DNA of 64,000 bases from NCBI GenBank assembly GCA_044376115.1, contig JBILLK010000021.1, forward strand, positions 119,780-183,779, in the 5' to 3' direction. Positions 34,301 through 43,638 of the stretch are shown piece after piece. The translations under genes and the position numbers were made by a program. Within the stretch, counting starts at the first letter, position 1; each line of letters begins with the position of its first letter. The DNA comes from Polyangiaceae bacterium. Lineage in GTDB: Bacteria > Myxococcota_A > Polyangia > Polyangiales > Polyangiaceae. Below the pieces are notes generated by a model that did no database searches, was not told the DNA's origin, and worked only from the letters and a program-made list of their open reading frames with translations.

Positions 34301-37300
34301 CGTATTGCACCACGTTCTATCCGGGACCTCCGGCAAAGCGACGCTGCTCTGGCTCAGCCCGCAGCTCGCCGCGCACGGTGCTGCGAGCGACGGCTTCGCC
34401 GAGCTACTCGCGCTCGGCCAGTCGCTGGGAGCGTTCGAAGGCCGCGCGCTCGAGCTCGTCGTCGTGACGAAGCACGCCTTCGAGGTCGGCGGGGAAACCG
34501 AGCGCCAGCCCGAGGGCGCGATGCTCGTCGCGGCGGCGCGCGTCTTGGCGCGAGAGATCGCCGGGCTCGAGGTTCGGGCGGTCGACGTTGATAACGCGGC
34601 GCTCTCGCGGCCGCGCGAGCTCGCGCGCTCGCTCGCCGACGAGCTCGCCGCCGTGAGCCCCGAGCGCTTTGTCGTGCTGCGCGGCCAACGGCGCTTCGTC
34701 GAGCGCTTTGACCCGATGCCGCTCGGCAAGTCAGCCGCGCCGTCGCGGCTGCGCGAAGGCGGCGTGTACGTCGTCACCGGCGGCCTCGGCGGCATCGGCC
34801 TCTCGCTGGCCGAGCATCTCGTCACGCGCCACGCCGCGAAGGTGGTGCTCGTGGGCCGCCGCGAGCTCCCTGCGGACCGGCGAGCTTGGCTCGTCTCGCA
34901 TGATCCCGACGATGCGACGAGCGTCGCCTTGCGGAGGATCGAAGAGCTCGAGCGAGCTGGAGGTGAGGTCCTCGCGGTGTCGGCAGACGTGTCGACGGCG
35001 GCAGGCTGGCGCGCCGTGCTCGCGGCGTCGGATGGCCGCTTCGGCGTTGTGAACGGCGTCTTTCACACGGCCGGTGTGCTCGACGACGGCGTCGTCGCGC
35101 TGGAGACGCTCGAGGCGGCTCAACGCGTCCTCGCGCCGAAGGTCGAAGGAGCGAAGGCCCTCGACGTCGCGCTCGCGGAGCGTCCGCTCGACTTCGTCGT
35201 CTACTTCTCCTCGATCAGCGCCATCACCGGGCTCGCCGGCCAGTTCGATTACGCCGCCGCCAACGCCTTCCTCGACGCCTACGCCGAGGAGCGCACCCGA
35301 CGCACCGGACAGCCGACGTTCGCGCTCGGTTGGAACGCCTGGCGCGACGTCGGCATGGCGGCCACGTTGGCCTCGTCCCTCGGCGTCGCAGACGGCGAGC
35401 CGCAGGCACCTCGCGGTCTGCCCACCGGCCACCCTTGGCTCGACCGTCGCGTGCTCGACGCTGCCGACGAGAAGGCCTTCGACTCGATCCTCGCGCCGAA
35501 CACCCACTGGGTTCTCGGCGAGCACGTCCTCCGCGGAAGCGACGCGGTGATGCCCGGCACCGGCTACCTCGAGTTCGCGCGCGCAGCGTTCCACGAGGTC
35601 GAGGGTCCCGGCCCGGTCGAGCTCTCCGACGTCAGCTTCATGGTGCCGTTCTCGGTCGAACGCGGACGGCGCGCGCGGCTGCGGATCTCCTTGAAGCGCG
35701 TGGAGCGCGGCTGGGCCTTCATCATCGCGAGCGGCGCCGGGCCCGAGCTCGTCGAACACTGCCGCGGCCTCGTGCGAAGGCCGGAGCTCGGCGGTGCGCC
35801 CATCGTCGAACCGCCGCCCGTCGTCGGCGTCGAACGGAGCAGCTTCCCGCTCGAGAGCGAACGGCACGTCGCTTTCGGCGGGCGCTGGGCCAACCGCACG
35901 CGCGGGCTCTTCGGTGACCGCCAAGCCGAGCTCGCGCTCGAGCTGCCTGAGGCTCACCGTGACGACCTTGCGGCGTTTCAGCTCCACCCGGCGTTGCTCG
36001 ACTTCGCGACGGCGGGCGCTCAGGAGCTCATCCCCGGCTTCGACGACGCGCAGTTCTACGTGCCTCTCTCCTACGGCGCCCTCACGCTGCACGCGCCGCT
36101 CGAGGCGAAGCTGCGTAGCGTCATCCGCCTCGCTCCAGCGTCGTCCGACGGCCTCGCTTCGTTCGCCGTGAGCGTATTCTCAGCTGACGGTCGCCTGCTG
36201 CTGGAGGTCGAAGACTTCACCATGCGTCGCGTCGACGGCGCGAAGCTCTCCACGAGCAAGGCGAAGAAGGCTCGCACCGCCACCGCGAATGAGATCCTCG
36301 AGCGCTCGCTCGAGGCGGGCATCCGCACCGAGGAGGGCATGGAGGCGATCGAGCGGGTGCTGCGTGGCCCGGTCGTTCCTCGCATCCTGGTCTCGTCGCA
36401 GGACCTCGCCGCGCTGCTCGCGAGCGCGGAGCCAGCACGAGCTGAAGAGGCAACCGAGCAAGCCGCGAGCGGTGCCCACCGCGTCCCGAGGCCCGCGTTG
36501 ACAGCCGCGTTCATATCGCCACGGACGCCGCTCGAGCAGCAGATCGCGAAGGTGTTCGAAGAGCTGCTCGGCATCGATGGGGTCGGCGTCCACGACGACT
36601 TCTTCGAACTCGGCGGCCACTCGCTGCTCCTCACGCAGCTCGCGGCGCGGGTGCGCAAACAGACGAAGACCGAGATCGGCCTTCGCAGCCTGTTCGAGAA
36701 ACGCTCCGTCGCCGATCTCGCCGCGCAGATCGACGCGGCGCGCGCGTCGGGCGCCTCCAGCGGCCCGCGGCTCGTTCACACTCCGCGAGGGCCGGACGAG
36801 CTCGTGCCGGCGTCGAGCGCCCAAGAGCGGCTGTGGTTCCTCGATCAGCTCGAGTCCGGCACCGCCGTCTACAGCATCCCGCAGGCGCTCCGGCTCCGCG
36901 GGCCGCTCGATCTCGAGCGACTCCGACGCGCGGTGCAGACCGTCGTCGATCGGCACGAGTCACTGCGGACGACCTTCGTCGCGCCGGAGGGCATTCCTCT
37001 GCAGCGAATCCATCCGAGCTTGGAGGTCCTGCTCGACGTCCGCTCGCTCGCGGAGCTCAGTGAGACCGAGCGTCTCAGTGAGGCCCGCCGCATGCTCGAC
37101 GAGGAGGCCGCGCGGCCCTTCGATCTCGCCGTTGGGCCGCTCTTCCGCGCCGGCGTCTTGGTGCTCGGACCGACCGATCGGCTCTTCTGGATCGACGTTC
37201 ACCACATCGTCTGCGACGGCTTCTCCTTGGCTATGTTCCACCAGGAGATCAGCGCGCTCTACCGCGGGGACGTTCTGCCCGAGGTCAGCATCCAATACGC

Positions 37301-40013
37301 GGACTTCTCGCGCTGGCAGTCCGAGTCACTGCGAGGGGACGCCCTCGCGAGCGAGCTCGCCCACTGGCGTGAAGCGCTCGGCACCTCCATACCGACGCTC
37401 GATCTGCCCACAGACAGACCGCGGCCCCCGACGCCAACGACGCGCGGTGCGCAGCTCGAGTTCGCACTCGATCGCGAGCTGGTCGAAGGTGTGGCGGACC
37501 TCGGTCGCCTCGCGGGCGTATCCTCGTTCCAGACGTTCCTCGCCGCATTCCAGGTGCTGCTACATCGGCTGTCCGGCCAGACGGAGATCCTCGTCGGCTC
37601 GCCCGTGGCCAACCGCGAGCGCCCTGAGATCGAGCGGGCGATCGGCTTCTACACCAACACGGTCGTGTTCCGCGGTGACCTCGCAGGAGCGCCCTCCTTC
37701 CGCGCGCTCTTGGAGCGCACGCGCGAGGTCGTGCTCTCAGGCCTCGCGCACCAGGACGTGCCCTTCGACAAGCTGGTGGAGGCCGTCCAAGCGAACCGAA
37801 ACACCAGCGTACACCCGCTCTTCCAAGCCATGTTCGCCCTGCAACAAGCCCCCGAGTCGGCGCTCACGTTGGACGGGGTCACAGTCGAGCTCTGGAGCGC
37901 CCACTCGCGCACCGCGAAGTTCGACGTGCTGTGTGAACTCCAAGACACGGGGCGCGGCCTGCAGGGCTTCTTCGAGTACAACACCGATCTCTTCGACCCA
38001 GCGACCGCGGGGTGCTTCGTCCAAAGCTTCGAGGTGCTGCTCCGTGCTGCCGTAGCGAACGCGGATACCTCGATCGACGAGCTGCCCGTCCTCGACGAGG
38101 CTTCGCACCGGCGCCAGCTCGAGGAGTGGAACGCGACCGCAGCCGACCTCCCTCGCGTCTGCGTGCACGAACTCTTCGCCACCCAGGCGGAGCGCACGCC
38201 CGACGCGATCGCGATCGAGTTCGGCGAAGATCGTATCAGCTACGCCGACCTCGATCGCCGCGTGAACAAGCTCGCGCACGCCCTGCTCGAACGAGGCGTC
38301 TCTCGCGGAGATCGCGTCGGCATCTTCCTCGAGCGTTCGCTCGACCTGGTCGCGACCATGCTCGCGGTCGGCCGCGCCGGCGCGACCTACGTCCCGCTCG
38401 ACCCGGCCTATCCTGCCGAGCGCGTCGCCTTCATGCTGAGCGACTCTGGCGCGCGCCTCGTCGTCAGCCGTGCTGATGAGGCCCGCGATCTCCCGGCGAG
38501 CGACGCCACCGTCTTCCTCCTCGATACCGAGTCCGCCTCGCTCGACGCGGGCTCCGACGCACCCGTCAACGGCGCCTCCAACCCGACCCTCCCGGCCTAC
38601 GTGCTCTACACCTCGGGCTCGACCGGCAAGCCGAAGGGCGTCGTCATCTCGCAGCTCGCTCTCACCAACTTCATCCTCTCGATGCAGCGCACGCCAGGCT
38701 GCTCGTCCTCCGATCGGCTCCTCGCCGTCACCACCATCTCCTTCGACATCTCAGGCCTCGAGCTCTACTTGCCGCTCACCGTCGGCGCGACCGTGGTGCT
38801 CGCCTCTCGCGATCTCGCGACCAGCGGCGACGACCTCGTCGCGACGCTGGAGCAGAAGCGCATCTCCATCCTCCAAGCAACCCCGGCCACCTTCCGCGTA
38901 ATGCTCGACGCCGGCTGGGACCAGCGACGCGAGGGGCTCAAGATCCTCTGCGGCGGTGAGGCGATGCCACCCGAGCTCGCCGAGCGCCTGCTCGGCCGCG
39001 CCAGCGAACTCTGGAACATGTACGGCCCCACCGAGACCACCATCTGGTCGACCTGCAAACGCATCACCGACGCCGCCGACATCACCGTCGGGCGACCGAT
39101 CGCCAACACCACCGTCTACGTCCTCGACACCAAGCTCCAGCCGGGGGTCGAGGGCGTCGCGGGCGATCTCTACCTCGGCGGTGCCGGCGTCGCCGACGGC
39201 TACTGGGGCCGCGAGGATCTCACCCGCGAGCGCTTCCTGCCCGACCCGTTCCGCCCCAGCGAACGCATCTACAAGACAGGAGACCGCGCGCGCCTACGCC
39301 ACGACGGCGAGCTGCTCTTCCTCGGTCGCTCCGACAACCAGGTCAAGGTCCGCGGCTTCCGCATCGAGCTCGGCGAGATCGAGACCGTCCTCGCGCGCCA
39401 CGCGAGCGTCGCCGAGTGCGTCGTCGTCGTCCGCGACGACGGCGCCGGGGACAAGCGCATCGTCGCCTACTGCGTCTACCGCGGCGACGAGGAGCCCACC
39501 GCGAGCGAGCTCCGCAAGTTCCTCCGTGCCGACCTGCCGGAGTACATGGTCCCGCACATGTTCGCCGGACTCCCGACCCTCCCCCTCACAGACAACCGCA
39601 AGGTCGATCGCAAGGCGCTCCCCGATCCGTTCGACTCGAAGGTCGAGGCCGGGGATGAGTTCATCCCTCCCCGCAGTGAGACGGAACTGCTCGTCGCCGA
39701 GGTTTGGCGGGAGCTGCTCAAGTCGGACCGCGTAGGCGCAAGCGACAACTTCTTCGAGATAGGCGGTCACTCGCTGTTGTCGATGCAGGTCATCGTTCGA
39801 CTCGAGAGGGCCACCGGCCACAGGCTCGGACCACGCACGCTCGTGTTCTCGACGCTCGAGCAGATCGCGGCGGAGATCGACGCGGCTCGCCCGAAGCGGC
39901 TCTCCTCCGCAAGCCAGCAACCATCGACTCCTAACCCAACACAAGCCCCCGAAGAGCCCGCGAGCCTCTCCAAGAAGTTCTTCGGTGCCATCAAATCCCG
40001 CTTCTTCCGCTGA
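31392..40013 (+). CDS. hybrid type I PKS-NRPS: KS-AT-KR(DH inserted)-ACP-C-A(Gly-like)-PCP, no TE
   Basis: QTACSTS, HGTGT, NIGH (KS); GHSMG, AAHS (AT); GGLGGIG, LDD, YAAAN (KR); HVLRGSDAVMP, HPALLD (DH); GGHSLL twice; HHIVCDG (C); FDISGLE, TETTIWS (A). Confidence 0.95.
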   Translation: MSSQNHIAIVGVAGRFPEATDVATYFENLVKGLECIKTFSDEELRRAGVPEADFADPHYIRTGAVFPEMEGFDAGFFGFSPRDAAILDPQHRHFLEVSWEALEDAGYDPAKFDGNVGVFGGSGHNAYMPYNLLSNPDLVASVGFFLLRHTGNDKDFLTTRVSYCFDLRGPSVAVQTACSTSLVAIHMAAQSLLSGECDMALAGGVTIEMPHYRGYKYEEGEILSPDGHCRSFEERSQGTFFSSGVGVVVLKRLDDAIAAGDTIRAVILGSAINNDGANKVGYLAPSVDGQAAAVAEALALADVDARSISYVEAHGTGTPVGDPIEVAALTRAFRESTDDVGFCGLGSVKTNIGHTDNAAGVASLLKVVRALETGVLPRTLHFERPNPSLDLERSPFTIQAKNGAWPRTPKSPRRAAVNSLGVGGTNAFVILEEAPLPPAPAPSRAVQLLVSSARSASAADRAVTRLGQHLGAHPDTTLADAAFTLQTGRRAFGHRRAIVAKNAAEAAEVARDPSRVLIGIAPEKPQKVVYLFPGGGAQYADMGRGLYESEPVYRAEIDRCLALLKPRVGDLKALLFPEASERESASARLERPSLSLPVLFATEYALAKLWESWGVPPVAMIGHSMGEYTAACLAGVFSLEDALALVSVRGQLFEKVEPSGMLSVPLSAQELEPHLGPQLSIAAINGSALTVASGPNDAIAELARKLTAMEVEAQRVHIAIAAHSKMLEPILPEFGRFTRTIRYAEPKLPFASNVTGQLITAREATDPEYWVRHLRGTVRFLDGLDAVLSEPNRALLEVGPGRALSTFGRARAQELGKPVACVSSLRHVKDESPDLEVLTAALGRLWVAGVNVDFTALHGDAKRRRVPLPTYPFEHQRHWIEPGKSLAAKPLPSLAKKPDLSDWFYSSSFERRPIAPQPQAAAAAPRPIVVLGGEGHGEALRSELRKLGLDSPDPGDLGRTLPSRREDLERVLHHVLSGTSGKATLLWLSPQLAAHGAASDGFAELLALGQSLGAFEGRALELVVVTKHAFEVGGETERQPEGAMLVAAARVLAREIAGLEVRAVDVDNAALSRPRELARSLADELAAVSPERFVVLRGQRRFVERFDPMPLGKSAAPSRLREGGVYVVTGGLGGIGLSLAEHLVTRHAAKVVLVGRRELPADRRAWLVSHDPDDATSVALRRIEELERAGGEVLAVSADVSTAAGWRAVLAASDGRFGVVNGVFHTAGVLDDGVVALETLEAAQRVLAPKVEGAKALDVALAERPLDFVVYFSSISAITGLAGQFDYAAANAFLDAYAEERTRRTGQPTFALGWNAWRDVGMAATLASSLGVADGEPQAPRGLPTGHPWLDRRVLDAADEKAFDSILAPNTHWVLGEHVLRGSDAVMPGTGYLEFARAAFHEVEGPGPVELSDVSFMVPFSVERGRRARLRISLKRVERGWAFIIASGAGPELVEHCRGLVRRPELGGAPIVEPPPVVGVERSSFPLESERHVAFGGRWANRTRGLFGDRQAELALELPEAHRDDLAAFQLHPALLDFATAGAQELIPGFDDAQFYVPLSYGALTLHAPLEAKLRSVIRLAPASSDGLASFAVSVFSADGRLLLEVEDFTMRRVDGAKLSTSKAKKARTATANEILERSLEAGIRTEEGMEAIERVLRGPVVPRILVSSQDLAALLASAEPARAEEATEQAASGAHRVPRPALTAAFISPRTPLEQQIAKVFEELLGIDGVGVHDDFFELGGHSLLLTQLAARVRKQTKTEIGLRSLFEKRSVADLAAQIDAARASGASSGPRLVHTPRGPDELVPASSAQERLWFLDQLESGTAVYSIPQALRLRGPLDLERLRRAVQTVVDRHESLRTTFVAPEGIPLQRIHPSLEVLLDVRSLAELSETERLSEARRMLDEEAARPFDLAVGPLFRAGVLVLGPTDRLFWIDVHHIVCDGFSLAMFHQEISALYRGDVLPEVSIQYADFSRWQSESLRGDALASELAHWREALGTSIPTLDLPTDRPRPPTPTTRGAQLEFALDRELVEGVADLGRLAGVSSFQTFLAAFQVLLHRLSGQTEILVGSPVANRERPEIERAIGFYTNTVVFRGDLAGAPSFRALLERTREVVLSGLAHQDVPFDKLVEAVQANRNTSVHPLFQAMFALQQAPESALTLDGVTVELWSAHSRTAKFDVLCELQDTGRGLQGFFEYNTDLFDPATAGCFVQSFEVLLRAAVANADTSIDELPVLDEASHRRQLEEWNATAADLPRVCVHELFATQAERTPDAIAIEFGEDRISYADLDRRVNKLAHALLERGVSRGDRVGIFLERSLDLVATMLAVGRAGATYVPLDPAYPAERVAFMLSDSGARLVVSRADEARDLPASDATVFLLDTESASLDAGSDAPVNGASNPTLPAYVLYTSGSTGKPKGVVISQLALTNFILSMQRTPGCSSSDRLLAVTTISFDISGLELYLPLTVGATVVLASRDLATSGDDLVATLEQKRISILQATPATFRVMLDAGWDQRREGLKILCGGEAMPPELAERLLGRASELWNMYGPTETTIWSTCKRITDAADITVGRPIANTTVYVLDTKLQPGVEGVAGDLYLGGAGVADGYWGREDLTRERFLPDPFRPSERIYKTGDRARLRHDGELLFLGRSDNQVKVRGFRIELGEIETVLARHASVAECVVVVRDDGAGDKRIVAYCVYRGDEEPTASELRKFLRADLPEYMVPHMFAGLPTLPLTDNRKVDRKALPDPFDSKVEAGDEFIPPRSETELLVAEVWRELLKSDRVGASDNFFEIGGHSLLSMQVIVRLERATGHRLGPRTLVFSTLEQIAAEIDAARPKRLSSASQQPSTPNPTQAPEEPASLSKKFFGAIKSRFFR

Positions 40014-40019
40014 CCAAAA

Positions 40020-40802
40020 ATGATTCCCTTCTACTTCGGTACCTCTTCTCTCCCGCTCTTCGGAGCTCACAGCCCCCCCAGCAAGGGGGCGCGAGACTCC
40101 GCCGTCGTGCTCGTCCCACCCATGGGTCAAGAGGCCATCCGCGCCCACCGCGCGATCCGACAGCTCGGGCTGCGCCTTGCTCGCGAGCGCTTTCACGCCC
40201 TGCGGTTCGATCTTCGCGGGACGGGAGACTCCGCAGGCGACTTCGCCGACGCGCGGGTCGATGCGTGGGTCGAGGACACGTGCACGGCGATGGATGAGCT
40301 CCGCGATCGGACAGGAGTCCAGCGCGTGTCGCTCGTCGGGCTCCGTCTCGGTGCCGCCGTGGCGTGGCGCGCGACGCGAGGTCGGCGCGACGTAGACAAG
40401 GTCGTCCTCTGGGAGCCCGTCGTTTCTGGGGCGCGTTACCTCTCCGACCTCGGAAAGCGTCACGAGGACTTCCTGCGCGCCGAGCTCCCACGCAGACGGA
40501 CGGCGCCCTTCGAACGAGCCGGGGAGGCGTTGGGTTATCCGCTCTCAAAGGAGCTCTCGGCTGACCTCGCCGAGATCGATCTCGCGAACGAGTCCAAGCC
40601 GGACGCACGTGCCCTCGTCGTCGTAACGACGCCCGACGCGGAAGATCGGGCGCTCGAGACAAGGCTCCCAACACTCACGCCGCGCTCGGACTTCATGCGC
40701 TTGACCGTCGTGCAGGACTGGAACAGTGACGAAGCCGTGAATACGTCCCTGGTACCGTCGGAGGCGCTCGACGCGATCGTCAAGGCGTTGGTGGAACGAT
40801 GA
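40020..40802 (+). CDS. alpha/beta hydrolase-fold protein (GLRLG elbow)
   Basis: LRFDLRGTGDSAGD, LVGLRLGA, VLWEPVVSG..YL. Confidence 0.85.
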   Translation: MIPFYFGTSSLPLFGAHSPPSKGARDSAVVLVPPMGQEAIRAHRAIRQLGLRLARERFHALRFDLRGTGDSAGDFADARVDAWVEDTCTAMDELRDRTGVQRVSLVGLRLGAAVAWRATRGRRDVDKVVLWEPVVSGARYLSDLGKRHEDFLRAELPRRRTAPFERAGEALGYPLSKELSADLAEIDLANESKPDARALVVVTTPDAEDRALETRLPTLTPRSDFMRLTVVQDWNSDEAVNTSLVPSEALDAIVKALVER

Positions 40803-41764
40803 TCCGCGAGAAGGTGATAACGGTTGGAGAGAGCCCCGCGCTCGTGGGCATCGTGTGCGAGCCCGCCTCCGGAGTCGACCCGGCTTGCCCGGCGCTCATC
40901 GTCCTCAACTCTGGGTTGCTGCCCCGAGTAGGCCCGGGGCGCTCGTCAGTCGTCGCGACGCGTCGCGCCGCCGAACGAGGCTTGCTTGGAGTGCGCTTCG
41001 ACCTCTCCGGCGTCGGGGACTCCGATCCACGAAGAGACGTGGCGAGCTTCGAGGACCGCTGGATCGACGACACCCGCGCGATGCTCGACCGCCTGCAATC
41101 GACTCGCGGGATTGAGCGCTTCGTACTCATGGGGCTCTGCTCGGGCGCCGACACCTCGTTCCAATTGGCCGTGAGAGACGAGCGCGTCGCTGGGCTGGTG
41201 CTGCTCGACGGCTACGCCTACCGAACGCCCGAGTTCCTCGCGCGTCGCTACGGTGAGAAGGTGCTCGACCCGGCGAGCGTGGGTCGGCTCGCGAAGCGGA
41301 CGTTCACCGGGCTCTTGAAGCGGGTCGTGGATGGGCGTCGCGTCTCGGAGCCACCTCCCTCGGGAGCGCCCGCCTCAACCCCGCCTCCCTCGTTAGCGCC
41401 CGCCTCAACGCCACCACCGCCGCTCACCGAGGACGATCTCGAGGTATCGATCCCGCCCGGCCCGCAGCCTCAATACGTCCGCGAGTTTCCGCCCAAGGCG
41501 CAGGTCGCCTCGCAGCTCCGCGTGATGGTCGCGCGGGGAGTCCAGCTGTGCATCATCCACTCGGGCGCGATGGATCTCTACTACAACTACGCCGATCAGT
41601 TCCGCGATGCCTTTCGCGACGTACCCTTCGGCGACGCGCTCGCGCTGCACTACTTCGCCGACGCTGACCACACCTTCACCGAGCTCAGCCAGCAGCGCGC
41701 GATGCAACAGGCGGTCGAAGACTTCCTCAAACGCTTCACCCGCAGGAATGGAAACACCGCGTGA
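40799..41764 (+). CDS. alpha/beta hydrolase-fold protein (GLCSG elbow)
   Basis: VRFDLSGVGDS, LMGLCSGA, ADHTFT; ATGA overlap with the previous gene. Confidence 0.85.
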   Translation: MIREKVITVGESPALVGIVCEPASGVDPACPALIVLNSGLLPRVGPGRSSVVATRRAAERGLLGVRFDLSGVGDSDPRRDVASFEDRWIDDTRAMLDRLQSTRGIERFVLMGLCSGADTSFQLAVRDERVAGLVLLDGYAYRTPEFLARRYGEKVLDPASVGRLAKRTFTGLLKRVVDGRRVSEPPPSGAPASTPPPSLAPASTPPPPLTEDDLEVSIPPGPQPQYVREFPPKAQVASQLRVMVARGVQLCIIHSGAMDLYYNYADQFRDAFRDVPFGDALALHYFADADHTFTELSQQRAMQQAVEDFLKRFTRRNGNTA

Positions 41765-42492
41765 GCCAGTCAGCGTCAGGCCGCGCTTTCACGGCGTTCG
41801 GCCTCGTCTTCGCCTCGGCGTGCTCCGAGCCGCTCGCCCCCGCAGAGGTAGCTGGCCTGGACGATGATTTCTCTGGCAAGGAGCTCGCGGCCGATTGGAC
41901 CGTCCTGAACGGCGAGACCTTCGAAAGCCGCCTCGAGGATGGACGCCTCCACATGCGACCGACAAGGAACACCGTTTGGTACAAGGCCGATCAAGGGCCA
42001 GGTCTGGTCAAGCTCGTGAGCGGTAACTTCAAAGTCACGAGCGTCGTACGAGCGCGCAAGGCGTCTGCCCCAAGCGAGTACGTATCCAACGGCTTCCAGT
42101 TCGCCGGCCTCATCGCTCGAGACCCAGCCTCAGCGAAGCCCGACGCGAAAGAGAGCTACGTCTTCAACGTCGTCGGCTATCGCGGGGACTATCTGTGCGT
42201 GGAGACGAAGACCACCAAGCGAGACCAAAGCGACGTCGAGGGCCCCGTTTGGCCGACATCCGATGCCGAGCTCCGCATCTGCCGCAAAGACGACGTCTTT
42301 CGCGTTTATAAGCGCCCGATCGGCGAGAAAACATGGGAGCTTGGTCACACCTACGAGCGGGGAGATCTTCCGTCGACGCTCCAGGTCGGACCGATCGCCT
42401 ACGCGTACACCGACCAGTTCGATCTCGACGGGAGCTTCGAAGAGGTCCGCTTCGCGCCGGTGAGTACGCTCGAAGACTGCACGAGCGACTGA
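41761..42492 (+). CDS. lipoprotein with ConA-like beta-sandwich (DUF1349-like) domain
   Basis: ASAC lipobox; DDDFSG..L...WT, GNFKVTSVV, FAGLIAR, LPSTLQVG; GTGA overlap with the hydrolase gene. Confidence 0.65.
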   Translation: MSQSASGRAFTAFGLVFASACSEPLAPAEVAGLDDDFSGKELAADWTVLNGETFESRLEDGRLHMRPTRNTVWYKADQGPGLVKLVSGNFKVTSVVRARKASAPSEYVSNGFQFAGLIARDPASAKPDAKESYVFNVVGYRGDYLCVETKTTKRDQSDVEGPVWPTSDAELRICRKDDVFRVYKRPIGEKTWELGHTYERGDLPSTLQVGPIAYAYTDQFDLDGSFEEVRFAPVSTLEDCTSD

Positions 42493-42567
42493 GCTCGTCT
42501 TTGCCCCAGGCGGTGAACGCGAACGAAGCTTGTTCCCTAGCCATCCTGAGGCTACGCAGCTCACAGC

Positions 42568-43554
42568 ATGCTCAACCAAACCGTGCGCAGTCGTTGGGCA
42601 GGTCCGCTTGTCGCGTTGGGCGTTGGCTCGTGCGCGCAACCGCCGATACCGGCGCCGATGCAGGCCGCCACGCCAACGCCTGCGGCCATGGAAGGCGCCA
42701 TCCGCATGTTCCGCAGCAACAAGCCGATCGCCGAAAAGGGCGGGAGAACGCTACCGCTATGGCTGGTCGAAGCTCGGGTGGCTTGGCCCTCCGCAAAGGG
42801 CCAAGTGAGCACCTCAGCCATCGTGGATACCGGCGCCCAAACCACGCTGATCGACCGGCGCTTCGCTGTAGCAAACGGGTTGCCGGTGGAGTCGTCGAAC
42901 GTCGTTGCCAAAGATTTCGCCGGCAACAAGCTCGAGACCTCGGTGATAAACCACGTGACGCTCGAGCTCGGACCGCTCAGGACCCACCCGCTCAAGGTCA
43001 TCGTCGTCGAGCTTCCAGCGCTCTTTCAAGAGCTGGGCATCGGCATCATCTGGTCGCCGCAGACCAGCGTGCCGAAGGGTTCGATGCTGCGCTTCGACTT
43101 TGGCGCTGGCACGGCAACCTTGCAGCCCGAGAGTGCCATGCCGCTAGACGTGACGCCCCTATGCAAAGCTGGAGATGCTTCGATGCCGGCCGCGGCCACC
43201 ATCGTCTCAGCTTCCATCGCAGGCCAGGCGGTGAGGCTCCAGCTCGACTCGGGAGCGACCAAGCTCGGCTTATCGAGCGCCTCGTCGGTCGTTCGCTTGC
43301 TGCAGCAAGCTCCTGGTTCTTCCGTTGGAGAGCGGATCGGTGCAGGCGGCGCCCAGCGCACCTTGGAGGTACCACCACAAGAGCTGAAGCTCGCCGGGCA
43401 AACGTACGTCGCATCGGTATCCGTCGCCGAGACGAATGACAGCACACCCGGACCCTGCGACACGGATGGGGAGATAGGTCTCGAGGTGCTGCAGCATTGC
43501 ACCGTGGATCTTGCTTCCGATCGTTTCGCCCTCCTGTGTCGGCCAGCGCAGTAA
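42568..43554 (+). CDS. twin-domain retropepsin-like aspartyl protease lipoprotein
   Basis: IVDTGA and QLDSGA catalytic motifs; DGEIGLEVL; VGSC lipobox. Confidence 0.8.
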   Translation: MLNQTVRSRWAGPLVALGVGSCAQPPIPAPMQAATPTPAAMEGAIRMFRSNKPIAEKGGRTLPLWLVEARVAWPSAKGQVSTSAIVDTGAQTTLIDRRFAVANGLPVESSNVVAKDFAGNKLETSVINHVTLELGPLRTHPLKVIVVELPALFQELGIGIIWSPQTSVPKGSMLRFDFGAGTATLQPESAMPLDVTPLCKAGDASMPAAATIVSASIAGQAVRLQLDSGATKLGLSSASSVVRLLQQAPGSSVGERIGAGGAQRTLEVPPQELKLAGQTYVASVSVAETNDSTPGPCDTDGEIGLEVLQHCTVDLASDRFALLCRPAQ

Positions 43555-43638
43555 CGTCCGCCGCAGCCGGCTCCTTGAACCGAGTCGGCCGAGTCAGCCT
43601 GCGTGTCTACGAGCCCCGCGTGCGATAGCCTTCGAAGC

